Assembly (NCBI RefSeq): GCF_001194135.2
Contig: NC_068996.1
Location: 3,563,825-3,607,893, forward strand
Direction of reading: 5' to 3'
Length of the DNA stretch: 44,069 nt
Source of the DNA: Octopus bimaculoides
Lineage: Eukaryota
The notes under the pieces were generated by a model that ran no database searches, was not told the origin of the DNA, and saw only the letters and a list, made by a program, of their open reading frames with translations. How positions within the stretch are numbered: the stretch's first letter is position 1; every line of letters starts with the position of its first letter. Positions 24,141 to 36,245 of this stretch are shown one piece after another. The position numbers and the translations under genes are program-made.

Positions 24141-24335
24141 ATATATGTATCCATACACATACACCTACTCTCACATACATACACGCACGCGCACCTTCCA
24201 TTTGAGATAACCAGTACTTTATTATTTCCCCTTCTTCCTCGTTCTCTTATGAAACTATCTTTCCCAACCAGTCGCCATTATTGATCGCTAAATGCACAAG
24301 TTTTTTGTATTCTCCCTCTGTTTATTCCTCATTTT

Positions 24336-24373
24336 CCTTTCTGTTGAAGAGCGTAGACTCGAAACGTAAAAGG
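24336..24373 (+). ncRNA. Minimal type-I hammerhead-ribozyme-like motif with CUGUUGA (A6U) core and GUA triplet
   Basis: Stem I CCTTT(24336-40)/AAAGG(24369-73), 5 Watson-Crick pairs; CTGTTGA 24341-47 plus extra A; stem II GAG/CTC with a 6-nt loop; GAAA 24361-64; ACGT palindrome; N17=A24368. Confidence 0.6.
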
Positions 24374-24719
24374 CTTTCTCATTTTCCCGAGCGTCAAACT
24401 AATACACCTGCTTGTTGTTCATACACCTGCCTTCGTCTTTTGTTTTCTGTAAATTTCAACTATCTATGTATTTATGTATGTATATATTTGTGGATGTGTA
24501 TATGTATGTACACATGCTTACATACACACCTACATGCTAGAATTCATACGTACGTGTATACATAGGGGCATATAAATACAAAAATATATAATTCATTAAC
24601 ACACCGTGCTGACCAAAGAGTCTGACAATAATAAAGCATTTATTGATACCTTACCATCTCAGATTTATATTACAAAGTATCACATTTGGGGAATTTTGCC
24701 TCACTGCGAAATTTGGAGA

Positions 24720-25400
24720 TTACTGTAAAGCAGCGGGATAAACAGCGTTCTTGGTTTTACCATTTGGTCTCAATATGAAGAGATTGTTGCCATTTCAAAC
24801 TCTGGAACAATCAACGTAGAGCTGATCATGAGAAAAGCATTGAAGCATGAGATGAAGTCCAACAGTTTTCAATGATTATCCTTGACTCTTGTTAATTGAC
24901 ATTGCAAAACTAACTCTTGCTGGAAATTGAAGTCTCTTGAATTCAAAGGGCATGTCTGCTGAAATCAGTGGAATTCTTGGAATAAACACATTTTCTCCCT
25001 TTCCTTGTCTTTGAGGATTGTTGCTTGCAAAATATGTGAACGCGTTTGCTTGACAATTCGTCTGATTCCATTGCACATCTTTGGAGGATCCAGATTTCTC
25101 AAAAGCATGATTGGAACTCCTTTCTTCAATGTCAGTTTGTGAGAAGGCATTCCAGGAGGATCCAAAAAGTTGAGAAACTCAGCAGGATATTCCACAGTCT
25201 CACTGGGATCCACAACGGTATCAATTGATAAATAACTTTTTTCCTCGATATTGATTGATTGCATAAGTTTCCATTCAACAACTTGGATAGTTTCATTCTT
25301 TGGTGCAAATATGGCTCTTTCACAAAGTCAATCATGATCTTGAAAATTATGTCCAATGTTTTGGTAGACTTTGGTAATCAACTCTTCTAAAGTCCGATCT
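24720..25400 (-). mobile_element. Second Helitron-type PIF1 helicase C-terminal fragment
   Basis: LCERAIFAPKNE..YPAEFLNFLDPPGMPSHKLTLKKGVPIMLLRNLDPPKMCNG..FIPRIPL..FKRLQFP..AMSINKSQG*SL..SHDQLYVDCSRV..TKNAVYPAALQ*. Confidence 0.9.
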
Positions 25401-25401
25401 A

Positions 25402-25482
25402 GCCGAAAGTACCATTTGGGTGGAAGTCGAATTTGGGCCGAAAGTCAAATTTGGGCCAAAATCTGATTCGTGCCGAAAGTTC
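25402..25482 (+). repeat. Degenerate 17-18 bp tandem repeat (GCCGAAAGT every 35 bp)
   Basis: GCCGAAAGT occurs at 25402, 25437 and 25472, with related half-units (GTGGAAGT, GCCAAAAT) between them. Confidence 0.7.
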
Positions 25483-26060
25483 GACTTCAATATTTCTTTT
25501 CGAGCGCTTCATTTCACACAAACTCCGCCGAATTTCGAAACCTCACGAACACAAACCTTCACAAACTCAAAGCTTGGATCTAGCTTTAAATGAACTGAAT
25601 TGAAAATATTTTTTTAATTCACAAGGTTTTGGTATTATTTCAGATTCAGCTTAAATGAAAAACTTGTAAATTCACAAAATTTTAAAGTTCATTTAAAATT
25701 TGAATTTTCAACTGTTAGCATATAACAAATTTTCATCCAGACCGGATCCCAATGCTGGATGTTCTAGAAAGAAATGAAGAGCATATTTTCAATTCCGGGA
25801 TCATACTGATTCCCAAAAGATATAATATATCTATGTAAAGCAAAAGATACAGGTGTTCTAAACGAAAGGAGAGACAGAATTTCGTGTTTATTATCATAGA
25901 TGTATCACTCTATCACTCTATCTTTCTATCTATTTATTCACATGCCCCACACCCTCTCTCTCTCTCTCTTGCTATCTCATATCATAACCTGGCACACACA
26001 TATACACACATCCATATGCACACACACGCTGCCACACGCACCCACAAGTTTATTTTACTC

Positions 26061-26175
26061 TTCATCATTTCCAGGCTGATAACATAAGTACCAGTCAAGT
26101 ATTGTTATCGATGAAATCGACTAGCCATCCATCTACACTCCACAAAATTTCATGTCTTCTGCCTATAGTACAAAA
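26061..26175 (+). mobile_element. SINE family A 3' fragment
   Basis: TTCATCATTTCC..GATAACATAAGTACCAGTC..AATCGACTAGCC..AAAATTTC..GCCTATAGTACAAAAGAT. Confidence 0.65.
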
Positions 26176-26609
26176 GATAATTACTCTCCTAACCTCTTCA
26201 TTCTTAATTCTATCTGTTTTTCACGGCGATCAGTTTTGAATGTATGAAACTACCAACTGTAATCTACCTATTATAAATTTATGTAGTTTTTTTAAAATTT
26301 TAATAAAAATCTACTGCAATTTGTCACAGAAATAACCCAAATAATCATTTTAGGGATAATGTGACAGATAAAATCGTACATCTAGACACACATACATGTT
26401 GCTTACATGCATGTATATACGTTTATGTGTGCGTGTGTGTGTGTGTGTGCGGGTGTGCATGTGCGTGTATATAAATGTAAATACATATATGTATGCATAC
26501 ATCATCATCCTATACATATATAGATATACACAAACACACACATACGTACATACATACAGACCTAAATATGGAGCGATAGTTTTTAAATTTTCATTATCAC
26601 CCTTCTTTT

Positions 26610-27190
26610 CGCCTCATATGCCTCGTGTCTTACTTCTATAAGCCGCTTACAAAGGTCATAGTACAACACTATCAAAACAGCTCGACGACCAACAGCCAGG
26701 AGAACAAGCTGGTTTCCATAGGAACTACAGTATGATGGATCACATATTCACTCATAGAACGAGCGAATGAATAAAAGTTTCATCCATGTATCACTTGTGT
26801 TGATTATGAAAAGGCCTTTGGTAGCATCGAACGCAGTGCTGAAATCTTTGGAAATGCAAGGCGTCGAGATGCAATGCATCAACCTGTTCAGAGATGCGAG
26901 CTTTGGATGCCCGAAAGTAACGGCTTCAATTAGGAAGGGTGTGAAGCAAGGAGATACCATCTCTTCAAAGCACTTTACTGCATGTCTAGAAATGGTCATC
27001 AGTGGAACTGACTGGACAAATGGCGCGAACATGAATGGCGAGCACCCAACAATCCTACGATTTGCAGATGCCATTGTACTTATCGCTGAAACTACAGATC
27101 AGTTGTAAACCCTGCTAACAGGACTGGGCACTCATAGCCTAGCAGTAAGCCTTAAAATGAATCGCGTGGAGACAAAATATAATGCGGTCA
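26610..27190 (+). mobile_element. RTE-clade LINE reverse transcriptase fragment
   Basis: LDDQQPGEQAGFHRNYSMMDHIF..DYEKAFGS..RKGVKQGDTISSKHFTACLE..LRFADAIVLIA..SLKMNRVETK. Confidence 0.85.
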
Positions 27191-27469
27191 AAAGACTGCA
27201 TACTTCGTCAGAATTTTAAACTTCTAAGCACAAGAATCACTTAATTTTGATATTTTACTAATATCCCTATTATAGGTAATCATCTCAACTAAAAATACCT
27301 TCATGAAATGAAGATATGTGTTAACGTGGGTACTAGCTGGCGCATTGCTGCTGTATCTTTAGAAATTAGTATAGTTCTCTAGCTGGTCTGAAAAGCTACA
27401 TCAAACATATTTGTGTTCAAGACCACGTTCAAGTTATAGTACTGTTTGAAATTGTGTTCCCGCCATCGT

Positions 27470-27560
27470 GTATGTATGTCTGTATGTATGTATGTATGTA
27501 TGTATGTATGTATGTGTGTGTATGTATGTATGTATGTATGTATGCATGAATGTATGTATG
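27470..27560. repeat. (TGTA)n microsatellite
   Basis: Seen directly. Confidence 0.9.
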
Positions 27561-27569
27561 TGTGGTAAC

Positions 27570-27750
27570 AGGTACGGCAAGATCATATATATTGGCATAC
27601 CTGGGGATGCACGCACGAGTGGCAAAGATCTGGAAAACATTGTAAAACACAAGCTACTAAATATGTTGAAGAAATTGGAATTGAAATGAGCGTAGAACAT
27701 ACTTAGAAAACTGCTCTATTGGGGACAGCGAGAATTTTGAGATTCGGGAT
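27570..27750 (+). mobile_element. RLE LINE C-terminal fragment (R4-like)
   Basis: EEIGIEMSVEHT*KTALLGTARILR matches the conserved QK.ALLGTA.ILR terminus. Confidence 0.6.
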
Positions 27751-27789
27751 TCGTATACGTGTGTTATATACCGTGGAAAGAGATGCCAT

Positions 27790-28640
27790 GATCCTCTGAC
27801 AGAAGGTTGCTGTCAGCTTCTATAGAATTAACCGGTATAGTAGACAATGAAAGTTTGAGACTACCTTCTCGTGTCTGCGATTGTACGCTTTTTGCGCAAG
27901 ACTTTCACAAGCACTAACAATGTGAGTCACGCATTCGAACTTCTTCCCACACTTTCAACAAAGGTTCGTTGCATTTGTGTGAGTTGCCAGCGATGATTAG
28001 GCCTTCAGTAATCTTTTTAAGGCCGTCATTGTTACCTCCATGATGCTTCCTGGTCTTTTAAGTTGTTAGTTTCAAGGTAGAAGTGACCAAGTCTTTCCAT
28101 GCGGAGTAGAGTTTCTTTTCTCTCGCTGGCTATTCATGATAGAAATTCATTGCACCCTCACGTCCATTACTGGTAAGCCCTTCTGCATTAGCCGTATACA
28201 GTAGCAGGTCTTTTTCATTGTTTACCGAATACTTGGCCGTGTTTATTCTTTTACAGTTGATGCACTGTCGTTCGCTAGTCAGGTCGCGTCCACCATTATA
28301 TTTCTTCCTGTATAGCCTGTGTAAGTTTGCCTTAGTGTGGAAGTTATCATGCATTGTCATCGTCTTTCGGGTAGTGCGATCAATCTCCGCCAGTGTCCAT
28401 TTCAGAACGGGTTCACTATAGCGGACTACAGCAACAGCCCATATGTGGATGGTAGTCACAAGGTATTTTGCGTTGAGTTTTTACTTCAAGTGGAGTTTGT
28501 GGAATTTCAAATATACAGTGATGACCTTGTCTTGGCAGTCCTATGCCCGTAGAATCTACTCCTTTTACCCTGCTTCAAAGTAAGCACTGCATGCTTTGAG
28601 ATACTGAATTCCATCACTATACACTTGCTGCACATCTGCA
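27790..28640 (-). mobile_element. R4/Dong-like LINE fragment (RT6 through CCHC zinc knuckle)
   Basis: MEFSISKHAVLTLKQGK..KLNAKYLVTTIHIWAVAVVRYS..W..AEIDRTTRKTMTMH..FHTKANLHRLY..GGR..GLIIA..CGKKFECVTHIVSACESLAQKAYNRRHE. Confidence 0.8.
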
Positions 28641-28686
28641 CAGTCTCAAGCGGCCTCACCATTTGAGGCTCTTTTTTTGTGAACAG

Positions 28687-29175
<489 letters not shown>

Positions 29176-29177
29176 TT

Positions 29178-29311
29178 AGGCGGTGAGCTGGTAGAAACGT
29201 TAGCACGCCGGGCGAAATGTTTAGCGGTATTTCGTCTGCCGCTACGTTCTGAGTTCAAATTCCGCCGCGGTCGACTTTGCCTTTCATCTTTTCGGGGTCG
29301 ATTAAATAAGT
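29178..29311 (+). mobile_element. SINE family A, young-looking copy truncated by a gap
   Basis: AGGCGGTGAGCTGGTAGAAACGTTAGCACGCCGGGCG..GAGTTCAAATTCCGCC..GTCGACTTTGCCTTTCATC..GGGGTCGA. Confidence 0.9.
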
Positions 29312-29480
29312 NNNNNNNNNNNNNNNNNNNNNNNNNNNNNNNNNNNNNNNNNNNNNNNNNNNNNNNNNNNNNNNNNNNNNNNNNNNNNNNNNNNNNNNNN
29401 NNNNNNNNNNNNNNNNNNNNNNNNNNNNNNNNNNNNNNNNNNNNNNNNNNNNNNNNNNNNNNNATATATATATATATATA

Positions 29481-30729
29481 TAGGATGGGGTAGAGAGGAC
29501 GAACGTTTTTGGAAACTTTACAAAATCATTAATTTTAGCTGCAAACAAATTTTATTGACATTAGAGTGTTCGTATTGAATTAGCATTTGTCAAAATTAAG
29601 TGTGAAAAACACCATCCATCATGTGGTGTCCGTTTTTATTGATGAATTTCTGAAGGTGTTCTTGGAAGTTGGCCTCCACTCTCCCAAGCAGAGTGTACGG
29701 GCTTCTACACATGCGTATGTGCCTTGAGGTTTCCCCATAATAAATAATCACACGTGGAGAAATCAGAGGACCACGGGGGCCAAGGAATGTCGGCAAACCT
29801 GAGGACGAGGTGGTCACCGAAGAGAGGACGAGAAAGACGTCCACTGACGCTCTAGGTGTGTGGGCCATCCCCCCATCCTAATGAAACCAAACACGTCGAA
29901 TAGGAATACGTTTTAGTCATAATTTAGGCACAAATAGTTGTTTATCATCTCGACGTAATGCTCCGTGCTCACAATAACGGCATTTCCATTATTGTCTTCA
30001 AAAAAGACAACGACGACACCTTTTCTAACAGCACAACAGACAATCACTTTTGGGCTGTTCAGTGGCCTTTCGTGCATTTCTCTCGTATTTTCAAGAGCCC
30101 CATAACAACAGTTCTCTTTTTTCCCCATGCCATTGAGCTGAAAATGAGCTTCATCACTCAACAAAATGAGGTTGTCATTTGCCTCAAAACTTCTCCCATC
30201 CGTCGTGCGAAGTTAGACCGCTGTGCATACCATCATGGTTTCAACTGTTGTTCAATGACCAATTTGTACGGTAGAAATGCAGGTCTTCAGGCAAAATACG
30301 TCTTACCAATCGATTACCGATGCCAAGTTCAGTGGAATGACTCCGAGAAATGCTATTCGGATTCAAAGCTTGTCTGACACGTTCCACATTTTCCAGGGTC
30401 TGTACCGTTCGTGGCGCCCCACCGGTCTCCTATTCATTAGCGTGCCTCGGGTACAAAGTGCATTCACCCAAAATAAGATTGTGTTACTGTTGGGAACAGC
30501 CTGATTGCGGTGAATGTTGAAGTGGCACCGAAACGCACGCTGAACTGCAGTGACAGCCTCATTATTCTTCACGTAACTATTGTAGGCAAACGCGCGGTGT
30601 TCTATCGTCCACATGGCTTCATCTGAAGAGGGAAAATATGTTAAGACACCCAGGATCGAATGGTACCTGTCGGGCATATGTCCCTTACACTGGGGCCTGA
30701 GTAATAGTTATTTCAAAAACGTCCGTTTT
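29481..30729 (-). mobile_element. rosa-like (DD41D-type) Tc1/mariner with decayed transposase
   Basis: WTIEHRAFAYNSY..AVQRAFRCHFNIH..; SDEAHFQLNG..HERPLNSPKV; *DG..AHT..RFADIPWPPWSSDFSTCDYLLWGNLK (41-42 residue D-D spacing across one frameshift). TIR inner parts GAACGTTTTTGGAAA (left) and TTTCAAAAACGTCCG (right) match. Confidence 0.85.
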
Positions 30730-30779
30730 ATAACTATAATTATATTATAATTTTATAATATGAAAAATAAATGCGATAA

Positions 30780-31505
30780 CATAAATAATAAGCACAAAAT
30801 TTGGCTCATAATCACTTTTGGAGTTCAAGTTCAAACTAACATTATTAAAGAGATTTTAAATATAATTAAGGTATTCCTTAGAGATAATACAAAATATAAT
30901 AAAAATTTTTTCTAGTGATAATTTTGGAGTTGGTTCCTTTACTATAAATAATGTTGGTAATATTTCTTCTTTTAATAAATTTAAGCTGAATATATTTTAC
31001 GACAACAAATCATGTAATTATTCCAATAATCATAATACAAACCAGAACATAATTAATTATACATGTAGAGATAAAAAATAAATGTAAATTTAATAATAAC
31101 TGTAATTTGGAGGATGTGGTATATAAATGTGTAGTGACTTTGCTTGATGATAATAATATGAATGGTTATAATTTAAATACTTTTTACATAGGGTCGACTT
31201 CTAACAAAATTAAATTATGTGTGGCCCAACATATGAATTCTTTTAGGAATAGAAATTTAATTAATTCTACTGGCCTTAGTAAATATCTATGGGAACTAAA
31301 ATCCCAAAATATTATGTACACTTTACATTGGGAGATAGTTTGTGAGGCTAAATCTTATGGAATTGGGAGTGCTTTGTGTTTATTATGTACTAACGAATTT
31401 AAGGAGATATTATTAGCTGATAATAAAAAATTGATTATTTCCCTAGATGAACGAAAAATTAAATGTAGACATAAGTTAAATCTCTTATATAATAAGTTTA
31501 GATAA
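30780..31505 (+). mobile_element. Penelope-like element RT-thumb/linker and GIY-YIG endonuclease relic, very AT-rich (Naiad-like architecture inferred)
   Basis: VQTNIIKEILNIIKVF..KIFS; Cys linker TCRDK/KCKFNNNC; VVYKC..FYIGST..QHMNSF..STGLSKYLWELK..WEI..AKSY..CLLC..E..KCRH. Confidence 0.8.
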
Positions 31506-32113
31506 TTCATGTATTTTTATAAACCCTATTTTATCTTACTAATTGTTGTAGTTATGATTTGTAGTAGTAAAATGTGTATAAATTAGTACGATATTATAAA
31601 TGATATATTACATATTTAGAATAAGATTAAACTAAGTTGTTTATAAAATGAATAATTACATAAATAAATTAATGAAAATAGATTATATAATTATAATTTA
31701 GCTTCATTTTGGTTATTATTATTATATATAATGTACTTAACGAATTTTAGATATCACTTATTTAGATATTAGAATTTTCAAGTAAATAATATACGACAGT
31801 TAATATTTTTTCTTATTCTCACATCTAAAATACATTATGTCATCTTAATGATTTAAATACATATTTCTATCTCGTCATTCCATAATTTTTTTTATTTACA
31901 CCGTATTTTCACGCGATATATTTCTTATAAACGCTAAATTCTACGTATTACGTTTAAAATTTAGTTTAACTGCAATTCTTCGAAAAAATAAGTCATGAGT
32001 TTATTTTAAGAAATATTGTTAACTGTTTTCCGATCATTTGTTTATTTATTGTTAAGACAAGTATTTTTTATATATTCATTTGATATTTATTGTAAGTTAC
32101 AATACGTAAATTG

Positions 32114-32116
<3 letters not shown>

Positions 32117-32180
<64 letters not shown>

Positions 32181-35100
32181 GTTATTATTGTTATCATTAT
32201 TATTATTATTACTATTATTATTATCATTATTTTATGTTTGACTTGCTTTGCGTTTGTACAAGGTGAATCAAAGTCTCATCCAGAGACCTCAAGAGACAAC
32301 AAGTTAGAAGTTCATGTACGTGTTATGCCTAGGGTACCATATATTTGGATTTGTACATAGTGTTGTTCTAGAGAATGTTTAAGAAACCATAAGAAAATTA
32401 TGTGTTTGTTTTAAAATTTGAGATCACATAGACAGTATTTTACGTAGGATATGGACAGTTCTCATGAGCACTATCTTTTGAACTTCAGCCATTTTGGGGT
32501 TTCCTGGTATCTGAGCTAGGTAGTAATCAGCCCGTTTCGCTGTCATTCCCAGGGCACCTATGACAATAGGTATTGTTTTAGTCTTCAGGTTCCACATTTG
32601 CTAATTTCTATTTCAAGATCTTTATATTTGCTCAGTTTTTGGTAGATCTTGACAGATACGTCTAAATCGATTGGGNNNNNNNNNNNNNNNNNNNNNNNNN
32701 NNNNNNNNNNNNNNNNNNNNNNNNNNNNNNNNNNNNNNNNNNNNNNNNNNNNNNNNNNNNNNNNNNNNNNNNNNNNNNNNNNNNNNNNNNNNNNNNNNNN
32801 NATGATGCTTGGCTTATTTGCGTCTATCTTTCTGTCAGTTTGAATGATGAAGTTCCAGAGGAGTGCGATGTGATCATTTTCAAGTACTGGGGGTGGTTTG
32901 TGTTCCCACCAGTTTTTATCATGGGGCAAGTCCAGGTTTTTGCATATTACCCAGTGAATATATTGCGCAGCTCTATCATGCATGTTGAGATATTCTGTAG
33001 GCGCAAGCAGACTGCACATGGAGACAACATGATCGATGGTCTCATTTTGTTGTTGGCATATACGACATAATGGGGAGCTGCCGTTCTTTAATATGTTGGC
33101 CTGGTAGTTCTTTGTCGGTAGGCATTGATCTTGGGCTGCTATGATAAACGCCTCTGTTTCTGATTTCAAGCCAGAGCCATTAGCCATTCATGGGTAAGGG
33201 CTTTGTCAACATCTGCATTATTCACTCACTTTGAGTATTTGCCATTGAGAGGTTTTCCATGCCATGTTTCAGTCATAATATCTAAGGCAGCAATTTTAGC
33301 ACGGGTTTCAAGCGCTTAACTTTTTCTGCGGGTGTTTCTAGTTCGTCTAATTCTTGAATTTGTTGTAATTGGAATTCACTTAGATATTCCTTTGCCTGTT
33401 TTGTTACTGAGTAAGATGCTTCTTTCATGTTTTGAGACAGGTTTTAGCATCCAGTCCTCAGAGTTTTTCAGATAGGTGTCTAAGTCAATTGTGGCTACCT
33501 TCATTGTTAATGCCATCTAAGAAGTCCACGGCCTCCCTCTTTTCTTGGCAGATAAAGACGTTCTATATCTGCCTTAGGGTGGTGCATTCTATGCATTGTC
33601 AACAGTTTTCGTATTTTTCTGTCAACATTACATATTTCAGTAATTGACCATTTAACGATATTGAAACTGTAAGTCACGACTGGTATGGCTAGAGCATTGA
33701 TCGCTTCGATCCTGTTTCTCGCGTTCAGCTCTGTCTTCAGTATTACTCTCACCCTGCGATAACATTCTCTTCTGATCCTTTCCCTCATCACTGAGTGCTT
33801 GATATTGTCCCCTTCAATTACCCCTAGGTATTTGTAGCTCTCCGCTGGTTCTAACTCTTTTATGACATCTTGCTGGTCAAGGTTCNNNNNNNNNNNNNNN
33901 NNNNNNNNNNNNNNNNNNNNNNNNNNNNNNNNNNNNNNNNNNNNNNNNNNNNNNNNNNNNNNNNNNNNNNNNNNNNNNNNNNNNNNNNNNNNNNNNNNNN
34001 NNNNNNNNNNNNNNNNNNNNNNNNNNNNNNNNNNNNNNNNNNNNNNNNNNNNNNNNNNNNNNNNNNNNNNNNNNNNNNNNNNNNNNNNNNNNNNNNNNNN
34101 NNNNNNNNNNNNNNNNNNNNNNNNNNNNNNNNNNNNNNNNNNNNNNNNNNNNNNNNNNNNNNNNNNNNNNNNNNNNNNNNNNNNNNNNNNNNNNNNNNNN
34201 NNNNNNNNNNNNNNNNNNNNNNNNNNNNNNNNNNNNNNNNNNNNNNNNNNNNNNNNNNNNNNNNNNNNNNNNNNNNNNNNNNNNNNNNNNNNNNNNNNNN
34301 NNNNNNNNNNNNNNNNNNNNNNNNNNNNNNNNNNNNNNNNNNNNNNNNNNNNNNNNNNNNNNNNNNNNNNNNNNNNNNNNNNNNNNNNNNNNNNNNNNNN
34401 NNNNNNNNNNNNNNNNNNNNNNNNNNNNNNNNNNNNNNNNNNNNNNNNNNNNNNNNNNNNNNNNNNNNNNNNNNNNNNNNNNNNNNNNNNNNNNNNNNNN
34501 NNNNNNNNNNNNNNNNNNNNNNNNNNNNNNNNNNNNNNNNNNNNNNNNNNNNNNNNNNNNNNNNNNNNNNNNNNNNNNNNNNNNNNNNNNNNNNNNNNNN
34601 NNNNNNNNNNNNNNNNNNNNNNNNNNNNNNNNNNNNNNNNNNNNNNNNNNNNNNNNNNNNNNNNNNNNNNNNNNNNNNNNNNNNNNNNNNNNNNNNNNNN
34701 NNNNNNNNNNNNNNNNNNNNNNNNNNNNNNNNNNNNNNNNNNNNNNNNNNNNNNNNNNNNNNNNNNNNNNNNNNNNNNNNNNNNNNNNNNNNNNNNNNNN
34801 NNNNNNNNNNNNNNNNNNNNNNNNNNNNNNNNNNNNNNNNNNNNNNNNNNNNNNNNNNNNNNNNNNNNNNNNNNTCTTCTACCTTGACCCCCTCCCACTT
34901 TTGCTCCTCTAAGGAGTTTAAGTCTGTAGATACTCTTGTCAAATTTAAGGTTTTTCAAACATTCTATGTCAGATCTAAGTAGCTTACTTTGGTGTTGAAT
35001 GCGCTCTTGCCTAGAAGGCTTTTTGTGGGAGTGTTGTCGTTTTCTAATCTTTTCACCACATAGGACCGTTCAGATTTTTGCGGATGCATAGTACAGGTGG

Positions 35101-36245
35101 TTGAGATCTGTAATATCAACATCATTAGCTGAAATTATAACCTTAAGTGCAAGGCGGATTGTACCAATCATTTTCAGATTTTGGTTAGAATTGCGAATTT
35201 TTGGGAGAGTGTCGCGTTCATTCATACTGGTTTCTTTAATTATCAGCCATTCAATCATGATTTCATTTTTTAGATCATGTAGTTCTTTTGCGTCGATTTC
35301 TGTATGACTTTCTCTTCATCTATTTGATTTTCACCTGCCTTAGTGTTTATGGTTGGTTCAGAGAGTATTTCATTTTGCTCATCAGTCACATTAACTCTTT
35401 CAATCATTATTCAATTTTCATCAGACCTGGGCTGATCTATAATTGTTTCCTCTGTAATATCTTCTTTAGCTGCAGCTTCGTTCCTTTAATCCCTTGCTGC
35501 TTGTTTAATTTGATCAATCTCTATTTCAGTTAGTAAATTTTTTTCATAATGTTTCTTCTGACGTTCGCAAGTTTGTTACTGTCTATGTACGGCCTTACTT
35601 CAAGGTGTTTCTGTCTCCAGTTTAAGTAGGTTTGTACAGTATTCGATTTATTTGTGGGGAAATATATGGCATGGTAGAAGGCCGTAAGAACTCCTTTATT
35701 ATCTTCCCTAGACCATTTTTCATTCTTTTTCTTTTGGCTGTTTGGTGATGAGCATGGATGGCCATCTGTTGGAATATTCCGGTTGTGGGGTACTGTGTGT
35801 CGGGAAGATTTGAACTAGTAGCAGATTTCTCTTCTAGAATCTGGTTCATCATTCGAGTACGTGGTCCTTTATAATACGGACGATGACCATTCCGGTTTGT
35901 ATTTTGTTTTGTTAACTGTGAGGCATAACAAGCTTCGACGTTGACGCTAGGGGACGGATCTGTCTGTTTAGGGTTAATTTTTTGAGACAACGCCGTCTCC
36001 GAGCTCTCGTGACGTAGTTTCTTAAAGCTAATAGATCTACATCGAGTACGTGGCCCTTTGTGATTCGGTCGACGACCAATCTGGTTTGTAATCTGCTTTG
36101 TTATCATTGAGGCATGACGAGCTTTGGCGTTGACATTTGGGGACGGATTTGTCTGTTTAGGGTCAATTTGTTTAGACAACACTGTCACCGAGTTCTCAGC
36201 ATGTAAACATTGCTCGTAGTGTAGTTTCTTAAGGCTAGCAGATCG
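32117..36245 (-). mobile_element. Near full-length R4/Dong-like RLE LINE; RT core mostly in gap 33886-34874; 5' boundary uncertain
   Basis: The N-terminal region contains KRKRMK. Post-RT reads SYKYLG..TELNARNRIEAINALAIPV..HHPKADIERLYLPRKEGGRGL, then GLKSETEAFIIAAQDQ, the CCHC knuckle CRIC..H..C, and ANKP..KLSKYKDLEIEI. Stop at 32424-26; (TTA)n tail at 32117-32232. Confidence 0.9.
35853..36245 (-). repeat. About 2.3 tandem copies of a 189-bp (63-codon) unit at the LINE 5' end
   Basis: TCGAGTACGTGG occurs at 35853 and 36042 (period 189). GTAGTTTCTTAA occurs at 36014 and 36221. The peptide PKQT.PSP.VN...KGPRTR appears twice in ORF 35622-36188. Confidence 0.85.

Noticed and set aside
25402-25482. 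Regularly spaced 9-bp repeats as a CRISPR-like array
   Set aside because: The repeats are too short, the spacers are related to the repeat, there are no cas genes, and the context is eukaryotic.
28653-28680. GCCTCA/TGAGGC hairpin followed by a T-run (intrinsic-terminator-like)
   Set aside because: Eukaryotic TE junction with no associated transcription unit; a 6-bp stem is chance level.
29481-29880. TAGGATGGGG at 29481 and its inverse at 29871 as a nested mini-element
   Set aside because: The internal copy is the Q-D-G catalytic codons of the transposase, so the match is coincidental.
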